Shown in pieces: positions 23,656 through 28,263 of a stretch of DNA of 28,263 nt. Positions within the stretch are counted from its first letter, which is position 1, and each line of letters starts with the position of its first letter. The notes below the pieces were generated by a model. The model searched no databases. It was not told the DNA's origin and was given only the letters and a program-made list of their open reading frames with translations. The position numbers and the translations under genes were made by a program. Origin of the DNA: a virus (Duplodnaviria > Caudoviricetes). The DNA is taken from IMG/VR virus record IMGVR_UViG_3300016478_000206, positions 1-28,263 of that record; one strand, given 5' to 3'.

Positions 23656-25569
23656 ATGGACGAAGAACGCAATGCTCAAATCGCAGCCTACCGCGCCCGC
23701 GCAGCGGCAGAGAAGGCGCAGCAGCAGGCCCAGGCGCAGCAACAAACACCACAGCCACAGCAGCGCGCAGTGACGGAATACAGTGGCATGAGCGCAACGC
23801 AGCGGCGCGAGAAGGAGCTGGGGCTGAAGGATGGCGGAGTGGTGCCGCGCGGGTTCAAGCCGGGCGGCCTGATCCGTGGGCCTGGCACCGGCACCAGCGA
23901 TTCCATTCAGACCGAAAAGCGACCAGGCACCTTCATCATGCCTGCCGATTCCACGCAGGCCATTGGCCCCGAGGCCCTGGAAGAATTGGTCGAAGTGGAC
24001 GATAGCGCCGTGGAAGAACAGGGCGAAAAGGTGCCTGTTCGCCTGAGCAACGGCGAATTCGAGGTTCCACCAGAGCAGGTGCAGGCGCTGGGCGAGGCGG
24101 TGCTGACCGTGCTTCGTGACGCAACGCATGAGCGAACCGAGGAAGGCCGGCAGGCATCGCCAAAAGCAGCCGGGTTCGCGCCGCGCCAGTTCTTCGCAGA
24201 TGGCGGAACGGTGCAGGATGACGAGCAAAAGCGGCTGGCTAACCAGACAGCCATGTATGTGATTGGTGCACAAGAGGCTGCAGCCAACCGGCCTAAGCCT
24301 GCGCCAGTGGCGGAACCTGTTGCGCCGCCTGCAGCAGCGCCATCGTCTGCACCTGTTGCTGCCGGATTCATGCCCGGCACCCGCGCGGTGTTCAACGAAT
24401 CTGGCAAGGCCATTGGTGATCTTGCCAAGCAAGGCCGATATGGAGCAGCCGCAGGCGAGACCGCGCGCGCAGCCCTGGCCTATGTGCCTGCAGTAGCTGA
24501 TGATTTGATCGGTGGTGCCGTTCGGGCTGTGGCTCCAGGCATTGCTGATGCTGGAAGGCAGTTTCTTGGTATGGGCGATGGAGCAACGCCTGCAGTTACC
24601 AGCCCGACCGATGCGCGCCTTGCCACGGGAGCCCAGCGGGCGCCCGCCGGGTTTGCCCCGGCGATCAAGCCGCAGGCGCCGGCCTCAGCGAGCGCGCCGG
24701 TGGTGGTGCAGCGGATGGCGCAGCCGCCCCAGTCTCCCGCCTTTGACTTCGACAACTTCCAGCCAGCACCAGGGCAGGGCGCTTTCCGCAACGAGCAGAC
24801 CGGCGAGGTCACGCGCCTGCAGGACGGCCCCGCACCGATTGGCACGCGCACCTGGAAAGAGCCCAACGTGCTTCCGCGATCCGATGCGCGGCCGGCCGCC
24901 CAGCGCCAGGATGTGCGCGCCCCGGTGCTCAACCCCAACGGTGGGGTGTTCTCGTCCATGGTGGACTTCACCAACCAGGCCGGTCAGGCGATGCAGGCCA
25001 TCGCAGCGAACAAGGGCATGCGCAACGACCGCAAGGACGCGCTGGATCAGCAGCGTGTCGGGCTGGATGCGGCCTCCACCTTCGCCAAGATCGAACAAGG
25101 AGATCGCGCTCTGGGAATTGATGGCAGGCGCGCGGATACCGCTCAATACCTTGCAGCACTCCAGACCGAGGAACTGGGGCTCAAGCGCGAGGCGGCCGGA
25201 TTCCAAACGCGCGCAGCAGGCCGCCTGGAGAAACTGCAGGACGGCTACCTAGCCGCCAAGACGCCGGAAGAACGCACGGCCATTGCGCAGCAACTGCGTG
25301 AGTTGCAGGGCAAGGGAGAGAGCAACTTGCGCGACAACTTCATGGCCGTGGGTGGCGGCCAGGAATGGGACGCCCAGGCCGGAGTTATGCGCAATGTTCC
25401 TCAGCGGCTGGTTGATTTGCGCACCAGCCGCGTAGTCAATACTGATGGCGGGCAAAACAAGCTACAGCCAGCGCCCAAAGACGTAGCCAGTCGCGTAATT
25501 GGTCAGACCTACATCAGCCCCAATGGCAAACCCGTCACATGGAGCGGTGAAGGCTGGATTCCCGCATAA
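23656..25569 (+). CDS. Putative ejection (DNA transfer) protein, 3' part of the IS-interrupted gene
   Basis: 637 aa, Ala/Pro/Gln-rich; GGLIRGPGTGTSDSI and VRLSNGEF motifs; precedes the giant virion protein gene. Confidence 0.75.
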   Translation: MDEERNAQIAAYRARAAAEKAQQQAQAQQQTPQPQQRAVTEYSGMSATQRREKELGLKDGGVVPRGFKPGGLIRGPGTGTSDSIQTEKRPGTFIMPADSTQAIGPEALEELVEVDDSAVEEQGEKVPVRLSNGEFEVPPEQVQALGEAVLTVLRDATHERTEEGRQASPKAAGFAPRQFFADGGTVQDDEQKRLANQTAMYVIGAQEAAANRPKPAPVAEPVAPPAAAPSSAPVAAGFMPGTRAVFNESGKAIGDLAKQGRYGAAAGETARAALAYVPAVADDLIGGAVRAVAPGIADAGRQFLGMGDGATPAVTSPTDARLATGAQRAPAGFAPAIKPQAPASASAPVVVQRMAQPPQSPAFDFDNFQPAPGQGAFRNEQTGEVTRLQDGPAPIGTRTWKEPNVLPRSDARPAAQRQDVRAPVLNPNGGVFSSMVDFTNQAGQAMQAIAANKGMRNDRKDALDQQRVGLDAASTFAKIEQGDRALGIDGRRADTAQYLAALQTEELGLKREAAGFQTRAAGRLEKLQDGYLAAKTPEERTAIAQQLRELQGKGESNLRDNFMAVGGGQEWDAQAGVMRNVPQRLVDLRTSRVVNTDGGQNKLQPAPKDVASRVIGQTYISPNGKPVTWSGEGWIPA

Positions 25570-25584
25570 CCATCAGCTACTGGA

Positions 25585-25611
25585 GAAAGCCCGCCCTGTG
25601 CGGGCTTTTTT
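25585..25611 (+). terminator. Rho-independent terminator
   Basis: AAAGCCCGC-cctgt-GCGGGCTTTTTT. Confidence 0.85.
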
Positions 25612-25627
25612 CTTGGGCCTCTTCCCG

Positions 25628-25665
25628 GTATAGGGTTAGGCAATCTGCAATGCCACTTTGAAAAT
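25628..25665 (+). promoter_or_regulatory. Putative late promoter 4
   Basis: GTATAGGGTT-N22-GAAAAT. Confidence 0.65.
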
Positions 25666-25707
25666 TCTCCCATTCAGCGCAAAACGCGCACGCAAAGGCA
25701 CCGGAGA

Positions 25708-28263
25708 ATGATGGACAAGCGTTTCCTGACCGACGAAGAAATTGGCTTTGGACAAGAGTTGGAGGGCGCAGCGCAGCCCGCAAAGCCAAAACTCTTGAGC
25801 GACAGCGATATTGGTTTTGAGGCGCCCAAGCCCAGCGCATTCGAGAGTGTCAAAGATTCGGCCATCGCCTTGGGTGCGGGCGTTACCCAGGGCATCGGTA
25901 TGTTGGCCAATGTGGCCGGGGCAGACAATGCAGTCTCGCGCACGATGGCCGACGCCACTCAGGCGCTGTCGGAGTACGAGTCTCCCTATCGCAAGGCCGA
26001 GAAGCAAGAGCGTGCCCGCAAGATCAAAGAGGCCGAGGAATCGGGCAGCACGCTCAAAGAGGTTGGGGCCTACCTTGGTTCCTTTGCCGAAGCGCCGATT
26101 GACACCACGCTGAACGCCTTGGGCACCAGCCTGCCCACGCTGGCTGCTGGTTTCATCCCTGGCGCAGGACAAGCCGCCGTAGCCGCGCGAGTTGCCCAGG
26201 TTGGCTTGGGCGCAGCGCAAGGCGTTGGTGCGGTGAAGGGCCAGATTTTCGATGAGGCGAAACAAGCTTGGAAAGACAAGGGCGCCACCGAAGAAGATGC
26301 CGCCGCACGCGCAGCCCAGGCGCAAAGCTACACCGGCGACAACGCTGGCAGCATCGCATTGGGTGGTGCCTTGGGTGCCGTGGCGGGGTCTTCTGGTGCC
26401 GAGGCTTCGGTGCGCCGCCTGGCAGGCAAGGAGGTGGCGGAGCGCGCAGCGCAGACCAGCGTGCTCAAGGGCATGGGCATGGGCGCACTCAAAGAGGCCC
26501 CCATGGAAGGCCTGCAGGGTGGTCAAGAACGACTGGCCAGCAACCTTGCACTGCAAAACGAAGGCTTCGACCAAGGCACTTGGACGGGCGTGGCCGGTGG
26601 TGCTGCACTCGAAGCCACGGCCAGCGCACCCATGGGCGCAGGGTTTGGGGCATGGGAGGCTGGATCGCAGCAGCGCCTGGCGCAACAGGAACAGCAGCGC
26701 CGCGCCGAGATTGAGCGGCAGCTGCAATCGGTGCCAGAACACCAGCAGCCTGCAGCGCGCGCCCAGCTCAATGCCGAGCTGAATGCGCAGTTGCAGGCCG
26801 AAGCCCGTGCGGCTGGTTTGCTGGACGAGGAGCAAGGCCCGCCCGACGTGCCTCCCGGCAACCCCAACAATTACCGCGCCACGCCATCGTGGGCCAAACC
26901 ACCAGAGGATGCTGCAACCGACTACGGCAGCCCTGACGACGAGATTTTTCAATCGACCGGTGCCAACACGCAGCGCCCCAGCGAAGCCATGGGCCTGCGC
27001 ACTGGCCCGGATGCTGGCCCGCTGGAGAACGCTGCTGCGCTATCGGTGGATACCGGTGCTACTGCACATATGCAAGGTGCTGCTGGAATTGTCACAAACG
27101 ATTTACAGAGTGAACCGCAAGCAGCCAATGCAATACCAGTTGTGAATTTTGATGAGGTGACAGACCCGTATGAGCGGGCGATGCTGCAGCGTTTATATGA
27201 CGACCACTTTGCAGACGGGGATCTGGAATCAGTAATTTCCGCAAATGCAGAGCTTGATACGAGCTTTGACTTCGGCGCAAATGTTAATCAATTGCTTGCC
27301 GACGCAGGCGCAACCCCACAGGAGATTGAAGATGCCCAACGAGGCCAAGCAAGCGCTCAAGCTGCCGACCGACCCGGCCAAGCGCAAGAAAATGATCGAG
27401 GCGATTTTGATGCTGAACTCTCTGTCGCCAAAAACGAGGGAGATGGTTCTGGCCGACCTGCGGGAGCGGAACAAGGCGAAGCAAGCCAGCAGCCGTTAGA
27501 TCAACAAGCTGCCGCGCCCGGCTCCCAGGCCGAAGGTGCCAACGTGGCAACCCTGGCCCAGCTCAACCGCAAGAAGCTGGCCGAAATGAGCGACGACGAG
27601 TTGCAGCAGTTGTCGTCCATGCTGCCCGCCGACCACAGCCGCCAGCAAAAGATTCAACAAGCAATTCAAACCCGCGCTACACAAGCGCAAGCAGCTATCA
27701 ACGAAGGAGCAAATCATGAGTATTCGCCCGATCAAGCCCAGCAAGCAGTCGCGCAACCAGCGCAAGCAGGAGCAGCGCAAGCAGCCCAACCAGCAGGCCA
27801 AATAACCCCCAACGCAGCGCCCAATGCAGGTGTGGAGCAGGCCCAGGCCGCGCCTGGCAGCAAATACCCACCGACTGATGTAAGAATTGGCGACAAGGTA
27901 GTTGTGGATGGCGAAATTTATACCGTCACTGCCCCCATAAAGCAGGGGCGCAAGAGTGTAGGCATCGTGGCCGACCGGGACAGCGACACCAACCCGCTGG
28001 CAGGTGTGAAACAGGTGCTGCTCAAGGGTGACGAGGCCATCGCTGCGCGTCTGGCGGCACTGGGGCAACAACCCGCACAGGCCGCGCCAGATCAGCGAGC
28101 AAAGCGCCTGGATGAAGCTGGCGCACAGTGGACACGCATGCCTGCCGCAGAACGATCCGCGCTGGTTGGGCGTTTGGATGGTGTAAAGCCCGTCCTGGCC
28201 AAGAACATGCCCAAGGCCCAGTGGGAGAGCCTGAACAGCGATATTCAACGCAAGCTGGCCAAT
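25708..28263 (+). CDS. Giant internal virion/ejection protein (probable large polyvalent protein), 3'-truncated by the window edge
   Basis: Translated by hand: MMDKRFLTDEEIGFG... open for 852 codons to the window end, so it is absent from the ORF track. Gly/Ala-rich hydrophobic N-terminal region with an EAPMEGLQGGQE motif, then acidic low-complexity linkers. Start at 25708 or 25711. Confidence 0.85.
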   Translation, partial: MMDKRFLTDEEIGFGQELEGAAQPAKPKLLSDSDIGFEAPKPSAFESVKDSAIALGAGVTQGIGMLANVAGADNAVSRTMADATQALSEYESPYRKAEKQERARKIKEAEESGSTLKEVGAYLGSFAEAPIDTTLNALGTSLPTLAAGFIPGAGQAAVAARVAQVGLGAAQGVGAVKGQIFDEAKQAWKDKGATEEDAAARAAQAQSYTGDNAGSIALGGALGAVAGSSGAEASVRRLAGKEVAERAAQTSVLKGMGMGALKEAPMEGLQGGQERLASNLALQNEGFDQGTWTGVAGGAALEATASAPMGAGFGAWEAGSQQRLAQQEQQRRAEIERQLQSVPEHQQPAARAQLNAELNAQLQAEARAAGLLDEEQGPPDVPPGNPNNYRATPSWAKPPEDAATDYGSPDDEIFQSTGANTQRPSEAMGLRTGPDAGPLENAAALSVDTGATAHMQGAAGIVTNDLQSEPQAANAIPVVNFDEVTDPYERAMLQRLYDDHFADGDLESVISANAELDTSFDFGANVNQLLADAGATPQEIEDAQRGQASAQAADRPGQAQENDRGDFDAELSVAKNEGDGSGRPAGAEQGEASQQPLDQQAAAPGSQAEGANVATLAQLNRKKLAEMSDDELQQLSSMLPADHSRQQKIQQAIQTRATQAQAAINEGANHEYSPDQAQQAVAQPAQAGAAQAAQPAGQITPNAAPNAGVEQAQAAPGSKYPPTDVRIGDKVVVDGEIYTVTAPIKQGRKSVGIVADRDSDTNPLAGVKQVLLKGDEAIAARLAALGQQPAQAAPDQRAKRLDEAGAQWTRMPAAERSALVGRLDGVKPVLAKNMPKAQWESLNSDIQRKLAN
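27332..27499 (+). CDS. Putative nested (+1 frame) 55-aa basic helical protein inside the giant gene
   Basis: AGGAG-7 nt-ATG; MPNEAKQALKLPTDPAKRKKMIEAILMLNSLSPKTREMVLADLRERNKAKQASSR. Confidence 0.5.
   Translation: MPNEAKQALKLPTDPAKRKKMIEAILMLNSLSPKTREMVLADLRERNKAKQASSR
27716..27805 (+). CDS. Putative nested (+1 frame) 29-aa basic peptide inside the giant gene
   Basis: AAGGAG-6 nt-ATG; MSIRPIKPSKQSRNQRKQEQRKQPNQQAK. Confidence 0.35.
   Translation: MSIRPIKPSKQSRNQRKQEQRKQPNQQAK

Noticed and set aside
27154-27235. Third nested +1-frame ORF (MSGRCCSVYMTTTLQTGIWNQ)
   Set aside because: Only 21 aa, with a longer SD spacing and no protein-like pattern.

Overview
A contiguous segment of a temperate podovirus-like phage or prophage, GC-rich and probably from a betaproteobacterial host (inference). 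From left to right it carries: the end of an O-like replication initiator with iteron-like repeats, a DnaC-like loader, small nin-region genes including ninB and ninG, and a winged-HTH gene where Q would normally sit. Next is a leftward three-gene operon resembling an anti-CRISPR acr-aca locus. The late region follows: a TerS-HTH/GIY-YIG fusion, terS, terL, a P22-like portal, scaffold, an N4-gp56/DUF4043-type major capsid, and head-completion and tail genes. The window ends with putative ejection-protein genes. One is split by an intact IS605-family element (tnpA+tnpB, 21983-23655, CCAT target). The last is a giant ORF that runs off the right end, is missing from the ORF track, and contains two nested +1-frame small ORFs with strong Shine-Dalgarno sites. 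A motif GYATAGGGTT-N22-(-10-like hexamer) occurs four times, once ahead of each late operon. Family assignments come from recognised motifs and synteny; no searches were run.
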